Source: a virus (taxonomy: Duplodnaviria; Caudoviricetes). Taken from it: a DNA stretch of 53,002 nt. The stretch is taken from IMG/VR virus record IMGVR_UViG_3300015024_000006, positions 1 through 53,002 of that record. One strand, 5' to 3'. Below are positions 27,906 through 37,159 of the stretch, one piece after another. Numbering within the stretch: the stretch's first letter is position 1; the number at the start of each line of letters is the position of its first letter. Under the pieces are notes generated by a model that saw nothing but the letters and a program-made list of their open reading frames with translations, ran no database searches and had not been told where the DNA came from. Both the position numbers and the translations under genes were made by a program.

Positions 27906-28259
27906 CTAGGTATTGCGGAATAATCCGATCTCGCTAGTATAGTCCATATCCTGTATCGGTATGGACTCGTTATCGTCGTGAAAGTGCGCCACATAGCGCC
28001 CGTCCGCATCTTGCATGATGGTGAATAATCCATCATTCCATCGTTGCAGCAGGAAAACCCATGCTGCTTTTGTTGGCATCTGCTCAGCAGGAAAATCACC
28101 AGGCGTAATCATCTTCTCTTGCTCTCTCAATACACGCTCGTGCTGTTTCTTGGCTGCCGCTACCAGTGCGTCGCGTCGCTGCGCGGGACTGAGTAGCCGT
28201 ATCCAGTGGTACTCAGCTTCGGTCATGTCGCCGAGCCGTACAGCTTTCTTGGGTTTCAT
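27906..28259 (-). CDS. Hypothetical protein
   Basis: GAGGA RBS, 117 aa. Confidence 0.65.
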   Translation of the reverse strand: MKPKKAVRLGDMTEAEYHWIRLLSPAQRRDALVAAAKKQHERVLREQEKMITPGDFPAEQMPTKAAWVFLLQRWNDGLFTIMQDADGRYVAHFHDDNESIPIQDMDYTSEIGLFRNT

Positions 28260-28288
28260 GTTATCCTCTCTTCGGATCGACGTGGTGC

Positions 28289-28882
28289 CTATGAAATCTG
28301 TGATGCTTTTTCACAAATGGATTGTAGCGCCTCTTCTACGGTGATCACGTGCTGATTCGGTTTTGGTGTGAAGAGTACCCACTCTTCGGCGTCATCATCG
28401 GTACGACCTTGCATCAGCGACCACTCATAGCCGTATTGTTTCAAGAGACGATTCTGCACGAAGATCGCCTGACGTTGTGCCTCACGTCGCTTCTTATCGG
28501 CATAGCGTCGATCGATCTCGTCATGCTGTGCCTTCACATGCGCCGCCTGAATTGCCGCGCCATTAATGGCGGGTGCTTCGACTGTTGGCACCTTTGGTAG
28601 TCGCTCAGGATTGATAACCCACCCAGCTAACAAGTGTAAGTTCACAGGTGTGATGTAAAGGTTAGATACCTCACCCTCTCCGTACTGATTGAAGCTGCCG
28701 ATCGCGTTGTCGAGAATGCGAACACTTGGTATGCTGCTCCGACCTTTGCGTACTGGCGTAACATCAATACCGATCTCCTTGAAGAATGCGTTTGCTGCGT
28801 CGGATGTTTCAATACCTGTGATACCCAACGCTTTCAGGACCGTATCCTGTGCCACTGTTGTTGAAAATGACTTATACCGCAT
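28289..28882 (-). CDS. Hypothetical protein
   Basis: 197 aa with RBS, downstream of a clear promoter. Confidence 0.7.
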   Translation of the reverse strand: MRYKSFSTTVAQDTVLKALGITGIETSDAANAFFKEIGIDVTPVRKGRSSIPSVRILDNAIGSFNQYGEGEVSNLYITPVNLHLLAGWVINPERLPKVPTVEAPAINGAAIQAAHVKAQHDEIDRRYADKKRREAQRQAIFVQNRLLKQYGYEWSLMQGRTDDDAEEWVLFTPKPNQHVITVEEALQSICEKASQIS

Positions 28883-28914
28883 TGTTGCTATCCCCCTACT
28901 GTTTTATCGTGGTA

Positions 28915-28950
28915 TGTGTACATTGTATACTTTGTGTACATGATTGTCAA
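28915..28950 (-). promoter_or_regulatory. Sigma70 promoter with TGTGTACAT direct repeats
   Basis: TTGACA-17-TACAAT; TGTGTACAT at 28915 and 28933. Confidence 0.7.
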
Positions 28951-29065
28951 GAGCAAACAGCATCAATTGGAGAGAGCTTCCCCAAATCCCCTAGTCCTGC
29001 CTCCTTGCCAAGTGCCGATCGTGCGATGATACTGAGACATCCCCACCAACTGAAAAGGATACCTC

Positions 29066-29665
29066 ATGACCGCTTTTATGCACAGCCTCAGCCGTACCCA
29101 GATCATCATCGCAAGCTGCATCCTCGTCTTGCTCTGTTGCACGTGTGGTACCATCGCCGCGCATCTGCCAAGCAGCACAACCACAATCGCTACGCATAGC
29201 CCCACGATGCCCGCTACAGCCATCCACGCCCCCATTCCTGCTACTGCTACCTCGATCCCAGAGACACGCACGCAACGAGCCGCACGCATCGCCCTCGCAG
29301 CGACCAACGCCTCGATCTATGGTGGTCATGATGCTATCACGCAAATCACCACCTACGATACCCCCACCAATGCGGTACTCGTCACCATTACGATTAAAAG
29401 CATCTGGGATATCAGTGAGGCACAGCGCCGCGTCAAGGGTCTCACATTCGCGATCGAGGGCACATTCTGGCAGAGTCAATTCCTGCCTGATGAGGTCGAT
29501 GTGGCCTTTGTTGGACCGCTCATCGACAGCTACGGTGCCAAGAGCGTCGGCAGCTATGGCTATGCGCATCTCTCGAAAACCACTGCGCACTTATTCGTCT
29601 GGGGCAATCTTGACGCCGATACCGCATGGCCTGACTATGATGAGCAGGCCGTACGGCAGCAGTAG
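29066..29665 (+). CDS. Exported/membrane-anchored protein with P/T-rich linker
   Basis: N-terminal hydrophobic Cys-rich helix, PT linker, globular domain; AGGA RBS. Confidence 0.7.
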   Translation: MTAFMHSLSRTQIIIASCILVLLCCTCGTIAAHLPSSTTTIATHSPTMPATAIHAPIPATATSIPETRTQRAARIALAATNASIYGGHDAITQITTYDTPTNAVLVTITIKSIWDISEAQRRVKGLTFAIEGTFWQSQFLPDEVDVAFVGPLIDSYGAKSVGSYGYAHLSKTTAHLFVWGNLDADTAWPDYDEQAVRQQ

Positions 29666-29693
29666 CATTGCCTATAGTCCCAGGCTATACGAA

Positions 29694-29724
29694 AGCACCC
29701 AAGGCTGTTATGCACTTGGGTGCT
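29694..29724. terminator. Hairpin between convergent genes
   Basis: AGCACCCAAG/CTTGGGTGCT stem. Confidence 0.55.
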
Positions 29725-29738
29725 CAGTGTGTCGAGTG

Positions 29739-29990
29739 CTAGTCGTTTGTTCGTGGCCCGTGACAGGGATCACAGAGCCACCCACCTTCCATGTGTCGCC
29801 AATACTGTGATTTGAGATACTTCAGGAATGCTGCCATTGTGCCAATACTGGGCGTGATGCTCTGTGTAGTGGTCACATCCTTACACGCATAGCAAATAGC
29901 GCTATAGATCACGTCAACATCAGCACTCATGCGATTTTTCTTTTGTGTTGCAAGTCTTCTTAGCACACGCTTATCAGTGACCATGATCAT
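29739..29990 (-). CDS. Hypothetical protein (two CxxC)
   Basis: Last ORF of the leftward operon. Confidence 0.55.
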   Translation of the reverse strand: MIMVTDKRVLRRLATQKKNRMSADVDVIYSAICYACKDVTTTQSITPSIGTMAAFLKYLKSQYWRHMEGGWLCDPCHGPRTND

Positions 29991-30288
29991 GTCTTTGCTC
30001 CATTGATGTTTGCTGTGCGTACCAATACTTCATCTTGATAGCGTTATCCTCTGCTACTGCCAACGCTATCTGGTGTTTCACTCCATCAATACGAGTGAGA
30101 AAAAGATGCATGATAGCCGTATTCAGTTCATGATCCGCTACCGCCATCCACTGAATACCCGCGCCATCAAGAGCGCCATTCCTAATCTTTTTCATGCGCT
30201 CTTGTGCTGAAATCAGTTCCTTGATTGCTGTTGCTAACTCTTTATCGGTGCTCTCAGGATGATCGTGTGGACTGTGGACGTATCCCAT
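29974..30288 (-). CDS. Hypothetical protein
   Basis: AGGAG RBS before ATG 30288. Confidence 0.6.
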   Translation of the reverse strand: MGYVHSPHDHPESTDKELATAIKELISAQERMKKIRNGALDGAGIQWMAVADHELNTAIMHLFLTRIDGVKHQIALAVAEDNAIKMKYWYAQQTSMEQRHDHGH

Positions 30289-30290
30289 AA

Positions 30291-30497
30291 CTATTCTCCT
30301 ATGATTTCTGCAAGCGGTGTCTCGATTCCATGCGTGCGTAGTTGTGCCTGTGCTTCCCACAACTTTTCACGTATTGCGAGGTAGTCCCTGCGCTCAACTT
30401 GAAACGCACGACGCCAGGGTTGTAGATGGATAGCCGCAAAGAAGCCAGCAGAGAACGATGGACCGCATACTAGGACGACGATAAGCAAGGTACTCAT
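30291..30497 (-). CDS. Small membrane protein
   Basis: Hydrophobic N-terminus, coupled start. Confidence 0.55.
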   Translation of the reverse strand: MSTLLIVVLVCGPSFSAGFFAAIHLQPWRRAFQVERRDYLAIREKLWEAQAQLRTHGIETPLAEIIGE

Positions 30498-30967
30498 GAT
30501 GGTTTCCTCTCTTGTTCGCGCTCAGCCTTGATTGCCTCATACGCATGATTAAGGCGATGCATGCGTTCCGTTCCTGCCTCTTTGCCGATGATGTCAGGAT
30601 GCACCATCTTTGCAAGTGCTCTGTAGACGGCGTGTACGACTTCGATCGGCGCTGTCTCGCGCAAGTGCATGGCGGCATACGGGCTGTTATGTGAAAGGAA
30701 CTGCAATGGCGGCGGCTGTGGAGGTGGTGGTCCTCTGCGTTGCGGTGTGTGTCCTACTGTTCGGCATATGTCTTGCCAGTTCTCAGCAATACCATCAAGA
30801 CTATCCAAGGTCTCGTTATCAATCCACCAGATATCATGCTGCTTCAAATAGCGGCTGTGCTTCTCAGGTCGCACGCCAAAGATGCGCCGCCCTTCGGTTT
30901 TGGGGCGTAGATTGATGAGCCAACCACCATAGCGCCCCGCTGAATGGCGTAGTTCAGCGATTTTCAT
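30494..30967 (-). CDS. J-domain (DnaJ-like) protein
   Basis: C-terminal PY..........VYRALAKMVHPD.......M..LN.AY J-domain. Confidence 0.85.
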   Translation of the reverse strand: MKIAELRHSAGRYGGWLINLRPKTEGRRIFGVRPEKHSRYLKQHDIWWIDNETLDSLDGIAENWQDICRTVGHTPQRRGPPPPQPPPLQFLSHNSPYAAMHLRETAPIEVVHAVYRALAKMVHPDIIGKEAGTERMHRLNHAYEAIKAEREQERKPS

Positions 30968-30969
30968 AC

Positions 30970-31233
30970 CTATGCTCCCTTCTTTATGCGTCGTATCCCC
31001 TGTCGTGTCCCGCGATCGGCTGCTCTGCCATCCGCTCTGTTCGTCACCACTGGCAGCACCCGATCCGTTAGCGCGTCAAGCCAAGGACCACGATCGCCGA
31101 TCGGAACATTAACCATCATCCAGCAATAGGTGCTACAGGCCGTGTGTGTGGGTGGCCAGTAGCTCTGCTGCGTGATACCGCATCCAGGCCGAGCACAGAC
31201 CACAGTATGCGCGGTGGTGCCATTGTATTTCAC
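30970..31233 (-). CDS. Hypothetical protein (Cys motif)
   Basis: GTGA-coupled start. Confidence 0.5.
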   Translation of the reverse strand: MKYNGTTAHTVVCARPGCGITQQSYWPPTHTACSTYCWMMVNVPIGDRGPWLDALTDRVLPVVTNRADGRAADRGTRQGIRRIKKGA

Positions 31234-31682
31234 GATGTCACCTTCTTGGCTGCCTTTGCACGCATGGCGACGAGCTTCTTTTTGCATGCCGCGCAATTAT
31301 CGCTGTGGGTATCCTTGCCCTCCTCTCTTTCACCGCCATAGAACCAACCACCACAGATCGCTGTGTGGTCATCAGCAGGAAAATAATGATACCTGTTTGC
31401 CGCCAAAGGTCGCGCCCATCCTGCAATCTTCGTGTTTGCAGCAGGAACAACGTCTTTCACTTCCTGCTCTTTCCCGACGGGCTTACTCTTGCGTGGCGCG
31501 ACGTAGAACGCATCGGCAGGGAGCTTGCTGATGGTACCGCATTGGCATTTGTAGCGATATTCCGCGACGATCATATCCTCTGGCGTCCACAGAAACGATT
31601 CGCTCTGTGTGAGCATCCCCTCTCGACACTCAGGACAGATCAGATTTACCGCCGCTATGCTCTCAACTGTTGCGTATTGCAT
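31230..31682 (-). CDS. Cys/His-rich hypothetical protein
   Basis: CPEC, CQC, HYF....ICG...C..C; GAGG RBS. Confidence 0.65.
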   Translation of the reverse strand: MQYATVESIAAVNLICPECREGMLTQSESFLWTPEDMIVAEYRYKCQCGTISKLPADAFYVAPRKSKPVGKEQEVKDVVPAANTKIAGWARPLAANRYHYFPADDHTAICGGWFYGGEREEGKDTHSDNCAACKKKLVAMRAKAAKKVTS

Positions 31683-31744
31683 TATTTTCGTTCCTCGTCG
31701 CTCTCCGTGGTGGGGTGACACGTGCCACCCATGGTAACGCTTAT

Positions 31745-32065
31745 CTAAGCAAATGTAATGGGCGCGGGATTGAGAAACAGCCCGTCATGCAACCGTACCG
31801 TGCCTAGTGCGGTACCTGTATATGTGCCCTTGAAGCATCCGCGTGTCCTGAGTACGGTACCGCTCAACCCAAACTGGTTGGGGTGGCCCATCATCGGGAT
31901 TAGCTTCACATATTCGTCTTTGCTGCCAACGAGGAAATACTCTTCGTAGATGTTGGCGGGCTGTGTGTAGCGATACGCGGTGTATGCTTTGCTATTGTGT
32001 TCGAGCGTGATGGTATTCACCTGAGTGGCCAGTGCAATCATGGCTGGTGTGCTGTGTGTCTGCAT
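31745..32065 (-). CDS. Hypothetical protein (first gene of leftward operon)
   Basis: AAGGGG RBS, upstream promoter. Confidence 0.7.
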   Translation of the reverse strand: MQTHSTPAMIALATQVNTITLEHNSKAYTAYRYTQPANIYEEYFLVGSKDEYVKLIPMMGHPNQFGLSGTVLRTRGCFKGTYTGTALGTVRLHDGLFLNPAPITFA

Positions 32066-32104
32066 TGTGTATTCCCCTTCTCTCTCTGTGCTCTTGACTC
32101 TCTA

Positions 32105-32203
32105 ATGATATCATAGTAATGTCAAAGTGTCAAGGGATTTATCACGAATATCACATATTGGTCGCTATATTCATTGCGTATTGACATTACTATGATATAT
32201 ACT
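32105..32203. promoter_or_regulatory. Divergent promoters, each overlapped by an identical 18-bp operator
   Basis: Leftward TTGACA(32133)-17-TATCAT; rightward TTGCGT-18-TATACT. ATATCATAGTAATGTCAA (32108-32125) is the reverse complement of 32181-32198. Confidence 0.8.
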
Positions 32204-32221
32204 GCTATGGGAGGTAGTCAA

Positions 32222-32482
32222 ATGGATACAGCAAAGAAAGCAGTAGTACGCGGTATCGCGTTACCTTATCTATTGGCGTGGCGTACTTATCATGGTTTGT
32301 CACAACGGGAACTCTCTGAGAAGTCGCATGTCACACAAAATACTATCACTCGTTTCGAAACAGGCATACAACATGCGCGTCCTAGCACGATTGAAAAGCT
32401 CGCGAACGCATTGGGTGTTGATCGCACGACACTGGTATCGAAGCAGCCACATATAGCAAAGAGGAAAGCAGAGACGGCATAA
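32222..32482 (+). CDS. XRE/HTH_3 transcriptional regulator
   Basis: R...GLSQRELS......TI.RFE.G.....TIEKLA.ALGV; GGAGG RBS. Confidence 0.9.
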   Translation: MDTAKKAVVRGIALPYLLAWRTYHGLSQRELSEKSHVTQNTITRFETGIQHARPSTIEKLANALGVDRTTLVSKQPHIAKRKAETA

Positions 32483-32573
32483 CTTTTGTGATTCGCCAAA
32501 AGTTTTATGCGATTGTAAGAGATAGGTTTTTAGGTGATCGCCTAACAACCTCACAGGAAAAGGACATCATACC

Positions 32574-33089
32574 ATGAGCACTGACGATAACTTTACTGAC
32601 AGCGATAAAGTTTCACCATCTGAAATCAAGGCAACCGACACGCCCAAATGTCGCTATGCACGCGCTCGCCAAGATGACAGCGCATCCCCTTGGCTGATCA
32701 CGCTCTGCTATGACTACCTGCCACTGGGAGCACACATCAGCATCACTACGGAGTACATGGGTGATTACTTCCTGCCTGTGGTCTGGGATACGGCGCCATA
32801 CGACAAATTGGAGCAAGAGGCAGTGGCGTATCAGATCAGCGAGGTCGCACTTGCAGGAATATTCACGACCGCGCATTATCGCGCTGACGATGACCACGCA
32901 CTCTATGCGGTCGATGCACAAGGCTATGAGCATTTGCTCTGTGTGACAAGCGAGTGGGGGGATATTGGCGAAATCGCCTATGCGATGAATGCGACGTTCC
33001 CTGCTGGCGACACGGCAGCGTATCATGAGGCCGAGCGAGAAAAGGCACGCGCCCATTTTGCGACGTTCAGGATAGGACGGGATGGGTAA
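32574..33089 (+). CDS. Hypothetical protein
   Basis: Acidic 171-aa ORF with RBS. Confidence 0.7.
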   Translation: MSTDDNFTDSDKVSPSEIKATDTPKCRYARARQDDSASPWLITLCYDYLPLGAHISITTEYMGDYFLPVVWDTAPYDKLEQEAVAYQISEVALAGIFTTAHYRADDDHALYAVDAQGYEHLLCVTSEWGDIGEIAYAMNATFPAGDTAAYHEAEREKARAHFATFRIGRDG

Positions 33090-33343
33090 TGAGCTATATC
33101 ATCTATTCACGCACGCTTGCGAATGGTCTACAGGTCCACGTGGAATTAGGCAACGGTACCATGACACTTGCATTGCCGCATAAGGATTGCCCTGAGAGTG
33201 AAAGTGATATGCCGGATGTATCTCTTGCAGCTACTGTTGCGGACTTGCACGCGATGGGGTTCACAGAAAGCGGTGATGCTGCGCTCAATACGGCAGTACG
33301 GAGTATGCTGACAGGATTCGGCTATGAGGATGAATTAGAGTAG
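33089..33343 (+). CDS. Hypothetical protein
   Basis: TAATG-coupled. Confidence 0.65.
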   Translation: MSYIIYSRTLANGLQVHVELGNGTMTLALPHKDCPESESDMPDVSLAATVADLHAMGFTESGDAALNTAVRSMLTGFGYEDELE

Positions 33344-33348
33344 ACACA

Positions 33349-33382
33349 AAGAGGTTATTGCCGCTATCAGCAATAACCTCTT
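33349..33382. terminator. Bidirectional intrinsic terminator
   Basis: AAGAGGTTATTGC/GCAATAACCTCTT stem between convergent genes. Confidence 0.75.
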
Positions 33383-33430
33383 CTTATGCTCACTTCCGAT
33401 ACTGGCAGATTTCTTATTATCGGTTATTGA

Positions 33431-33787
33431 TCAAAAGCCAAGCCAGTGAAAATGAGTGATCATCATGCCAAGAAGTAGAAAGAATAAATTTACCATAATT
33501 GCATCTACTGATTGCTTTTTATCTTTGATCTCTTGGATTTCGAAATAGCGACGAAGGTCTGGATTATTCAACAAGACTAGCTTCCTCTGTATTAGCATTT
33601 GCTTCTTTCGATACCATTTCATGATTTCATACACCACTATGAAGAAAACAAGAGACATATTGAGCGGAAAAAGAATATCTAGGAAATCATGCAAGTAGAA
33701 TAATATAAACTCAATAACTAGTAATGGAAAGAACGTGATGTATATGAAGTGCATCACGTATTCTGATATGTCGTATGGCTCTTTCAT
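33431..33787 (-). CDS. AT-rich multi-TM membrane protein (moron-like)
   Basis: Three hydrophobic segments; visibly much lower GC than flanks. Confidence 0.7.
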   Translation of the reverse strand: MKEPYDISEYVMHFIYITFFPLLVIEFILFYLHDFLDILFPLNMSLVFFIVVYEIMKWYRKKQMLIQRKLVLLNNPDLRRYFEIQEIKDKKQSVDAIMVNLFFLLLGMMITHFHWLGF

Positions 33788-33807
33788 AGTTACTTCCCGT
33801 CTACACT

Positions 33808-33836
33808 AGGGGAGCTAACAATCCATTAGCTCCCCT
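33808..33836. terminator. Hairpin
   Basis: AGGGGAGCTAA/TTAGCTCCCCT stem. Confidence 0.6.
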
Positions 33837-33841
33837 CTTCT

Positions 33842-34165
33842 CTAGTCGATGATGTCCCAGCCCTGTTGTGCGAGCGACCCGTGTAGCATGCCCGATATCA
33901 GCATGATGGTAAATTCCTCTCGTATCTCAGGAAAGAGATCGCGTACAATCATCTGCACATCCGTTATAGTCATCGTGCGCTCAGGATAGCGTGTCATCAT
34001 GTCCTCTTCTTGCTTGACCACATAGGCCAGCCATGTGGTGACAGCATCGCATGTGTAGATAGTGAGATGTGTTACTTCCAACATGCCGTTACGTGCCAAG
34101 CTAAGACACCCTACCGCTCTATCGAGTGCTTTTCTGACCTGTGCTAATTGCTCTGATTGTGTCAT
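33842..34165 (-). CDS. Hypothetical protein
   Basis: Coupled ORF. Confidence 0.6.
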   Translation of the reverse strand: MTQSEQLAQVRKALDRAVGCLSLARNGMLEVTHLTIYTCDAVTTWLAYVVKQEEDMMTRYPERTMTITDVQMIVRDLFPEIREEFTIMLISGMLHGSLAQQGWDIID

Positions 34166-34347
34166 GTTGCCTTCCTCATCTGTTGACGTAGTACCGCATG
34201 CGCTATGCGGATATCCACCTCTTTATCACGCGCTGATAATGCATTCCAGGGAGTGATCCATCCAGGATGATCCGCAATATCTGGTTGCTCTAACGCCCAC
34301 TCGATCCAGGTTTCGCGCACTAATCGCCCAAGCTCGTCGTCTGTCAT
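34162..34347 (-). CDS. Hypothetical protein
   Basis: LG..VR..W..W....PW..L...DKE.D..I pattern; RBS. Confidence 0.65.
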   Translation of the reverse strand: MTDDELGRLVRETWIEWALEQPDIADHPGWITPWNALSARDKEVDIRIAHAVLRQQMRKAT

Positions 34348-34359
34348 GCTATCCCCCTC

Positions 34360-34614
34360 TCAGTCTGTGCTCTGCTCTGCGTTGCGTAGTCGTGCCATAT
34401 TGCTTGCCACGTGCTCCGCATTGCGTGCTGCCTCTGCCAGCGTGATCCCCATTCCACTCATGAGTACGCTGCTATCTGCCAAGGTGCTCGCGAGCTTGTC
34501 GATGTGCCGATCCTGCTCTCGCACGTGGCGTAACAATCGCTATGCATCATCATTCGTGGCGGTCCCTGCCGTGATGCGATCCTCGATGGCCATGCGCTCA
34601 TAAAAGCCAAGCAT
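34360..34614 (-). pseudogene. 85-codon ORF interrupted by one in-frame TAG (34540-34542)
   Basis: MLGFYERMAIEDRITAGTATNDDA*RLLRHVREQD...AEQSTD exactly fills the gap between neighbours. Confidence 0.6.
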
Positions 34615-34615
34615 G

Positions 34616-35035
34616 TTATCCCTCTTTCTCAGCAGGTGGTTTATCCCATGTCTGCTCAGGATCGGCGGTGAAATGGTCAAGCCGTTGCAAGTGATGCGGA
34701 TACGGCACATCTTCAGCAAAGAGCATCGGTTCCAGTGCCACAAACAAACGATGCAAGAGATCGTACTTAGCCTGTGATTGTATGAAGGTACGGGTAAATG
34801 CCGTCACAGGAAACACGTTTTCGGGGCTGTTTGGTGTCTCTAGGGCGATTAATGCTCTGATGGTATCGATCGCCATCATGTGACCACGTGCGACATTATA
34901 CGCCCCAGGTGAAGTCACATCGGCATTCTCTTCTGCTTGGTACCGATCGGTTTCTCGCATGATGTACGCCCGTATCTGGTGCATGCGCCAGATCTCACGT
35001 GCTGATTCCCATTGCTGTTCTACCGTAAAGGTCAT
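34616..35035 (-). CDS. Hypothetical protein
   Basis: Coupled ORF. Confidence 0.65.
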   Translation of the reverse strand: MTFTVEQQWESAREIWRMHQIRAYIMRETDRYQAEENADVTSPGAYNVARGHMMAIDTIRALIALETPNSPENVFPVTAFTRTFIQSQAKYDLLHRLFVALEPMLFAEDVPYPHHLQRLDHFTADPEQTWDKPPAEKEG

Positions 35036-35280
35036 GGTCGTTTCGCCTCGTCAGTCTCAGCAGCGACCGCTCGCGCCTCGTCTCGCATACGCTTGACCAT
35101 CATCTTTGTGACAACATCGTACATCATATCATTATCCATGTATTTCGCCTGTTGCTCTGCCTTGATGGTGAAGCTGCCAGCGATCGCGATCCGTGCCTCT
35201 ATCGTGACAGATCCGTCATCTTGCTCTACCGCTTGCAGATCGATGCTGCCTACGTTGCGTGCCCATAGTATCCTGCTCAT
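35032..35280 (-). CDS. Hypothetical protein
   Basis: GAGGG RBS. Confidence 0.6.
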   Translation of the reverse strand: MSRILWARNVGSIDLQAVEQDDGSVTIEARIAIAGSFTIKAEQQAKYMDNDMMYDVVTKMMVKRMRDEARAVAAETDEAKRP

Positions 35281-35341
35281 GATTCCCTCTCTTTATGCCG
35301 CTTACTCATGATATGCAGCCGCCCTGCCTGCCAAAGCACAA

Positions 35342-35590
35342 TTACCTTCCTGGCTTTAAACGATACACCTGCTCCACAATAGTGTTTTCAAGCAGCCATT
35401 GTTGAAACACCGCATAGTCGATGGCGATCGCGTTGCCGAACTTCGTGGATGGCAGCGGATTCTTGCGGATCGTAATCCACGATCGGATTTTGGTCTCTTC
35501 GATGCCGGATAACCGCACAAGCTCTTTCAGCGTGATCATATGCGCGATGGATGCCTGATCGGGAACGGACTGATCGGGCTGTGTCATCAT
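35342..35590 (-). CDS. Excisionase/HTH_17-like DNA-binding protein
   Basis: ITLKEL...SGI....IRSW.....LP..K.G....I....F..W. Confidence 0.75.
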   Translation of the reverse strand: MMTQPDQSVPDQASIAHMITLKELVRLSGIEETKIRSWITIRKNPLPSTKFGNAIAIDYAVFQQWLLENTIVEQVYRLKPGR

Positions 35591-35633
35591 GGTGCCTGCC
35601 TCTTTTCTGTAGTCATACTGTTGACTATCAACT

Positions 35634-35739
35634 AGTATACTCTTCGCGCATCAATTCGTCAACATAATGAGGTTATCTGAGCAAATAGTTTTATTTGCCT
35701 AACAGTACCATTGACAGATACAAGTATGTCGTGTAAGCT
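35634..35739. promoter_or_regulatory. Divergent promoters (HTH gene vs csrA-par operon)
   Basis: Leftward TTGACG-17-TATACT; rightward TTGACA(35711)-17-TAAGCT. Confidence 0.65.
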
Positions 35740-35785
35740 ACTCTCATCACAGAGTGATGACCACAACGAAAAGGAAGTAGCAAGC

Positions 35786-36061
35786 ATGCTGGTACTACGG
35801 CGCAAAGAAGGCGAGTCCATCATCATGAATGGCGTCATCAAAGTGACCATCCTGGCAGTCGAGGGCGATCGCGTCAAGATCGGCATCGATGCCCCACCCG
35901 ATGTGATTATCGTGCGCGAGGAACTGCTCAACGAGGCAGAAAACAGTACACGCCACAATCCCCCACACGCCATCCGTATCCCCGCGATGGCAGCACCCGA
36001 TCGCACCATTGCCGACCATCACATCTATGACGAAAAGCAGAAAGAAGGGACACCTGAGTGA
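35786..36061 (+). CDS. csrA: Carbon storage regulator CsrA/RsmA
   Basis: MLVLRRKEGESIIM...IKVTIL.VEGDRVKIGIDAP.DV.IVREEL. Confidence 0.95.
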   Translation: MLVLRRKEGESIIMNGVIKVTILAVEGDRVKIGIDAPPDVIIVREELLNEAENSTRHNPPHAIRIPAMAAPDRTIADHHIYDEKQKEGTPE

Positions 36062-37134
36062 GCATCGCACTAGACAATCCATCATTCATCGGCACCATGC
36101 GCGAAGCCGTGAGCGACGCGCAACCCAAAGCCATCACCATGAAAACCGTTGGCCTCCCTGGTTTCGTCAGGTGGTTCTTTCAGATCTTCGCATTGGTGAT
36201 CTACGGACCTGATATGTACTTCAGCTATCAGATCTATACCAAAAATGGTGAACTGGTCGCGGGGGATATCTTTCATGCCGCACCCGCGATCATCCTGTTT
36301 GCCACACTCAGTGCTGGTACCGTTGGCATGGCGTACCTGCTGTCTGTCCTGGCTCCGTTCCATTGGCGCAAGGGGCATCGTACCATCGCACTCACATGCG
36401 GTATCGGCGTCCTGATTGCAACTGCCGTGACGATCCTCTTCTCCCTCGCCTATCGCAGCGAGAACCCTGTCACCTACGCATTCGATGCGACGTTACGGCA
36501 GTGGATCGGCATACAGAGCATATCGCCGATCCAATTCATCGCCGCCTTTGCCCCGCCATTCTGGGGCCTCTTCTGGGCCATCGTGCAGCCTACCGATACC
36601 AAGAGCGAGGCAGAGATCGCCGCTGACGACCCCGACGCCGTAGCCAAGATTCAGCACAAGGCAATGGTACAAACAGCACAGATCGAAGCAGCATCTAATC
36701 TGGCACAAGCCAAGGCAGCCGCCAATGCTCTCGCACGTGGCGCTCAGTTAAAAGGATTGATCAGCACAGCACGCGAGGCAACACATGCCGTACAGCAACA
36801 GATCGCACCATCCACCATCGAGACCGCCAGCACGCCACCAGAGGCAGCACAGAGCATTGAGGAGAGTATCCCTGCTGTGACAGAGCAAGAGGTAGAAGTT
36901 ACTGAGGACGTGATAGGCATACCTGTCATGAGCAACAATGTCGCACCGCAAACGGAGGCAGCGGTCTATGCACCCAAGCTCACGAAGATTGATGTCCGTA
37001 GCGCGTTCAACCAGATCGCCGCGAAAGGGGTGAAACCAACTGTCGAAGATGTTGCAGAGCACTTGAATGATACGGTTGCTAACGTCACCCCGTTTTTTGA
37101 TGAGATCATGGCGGTCAAAACAGGCAGACGTTAA
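36058..37134 (+). CDS. Multi-TM membrane protein with coiled coil and C-terminal HTH-like domain (DUF2637/Spd-like architecture)
   Basis: About 4 TM helices, Ala/Gln coil, acidic linker, PTVEDVAEHL. Confidence 0.65.
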   Translation: MSIALDNPSFIGTMREAVSDAQPKAITMKTVGLPGFVRWFFQIFALVIYGPDMYFSYQIYTKNGELVAGDIFHAAPAIILFATLSAGTVGMAYLLSVLAPFHWRKGHRTIALTCGIGVLIATAVTILFSLAYRSENPVTYAFDATLRQWIGIQSISPIQFIAAFAPPFWGLFWAIVQPTDTKSEAEIAADDPDAVAKIQHKAMVQTAQIEAASNLAQAKAAANALARGAQLKGLISTAREATHAVQQQIAPSTIETASTPPEAAQSIEESIPAVTEQEVEVTEDVIGIPVMSNNVAPQTEAAVYAPKLTKIDVRSAFNQIAAKGVKPTVEDVAEHLNDTVANVTPFFDEIMAVKTGRR

Positions 37135-37159
37135 TCCAAAATGATGCAACCGTTCACAC

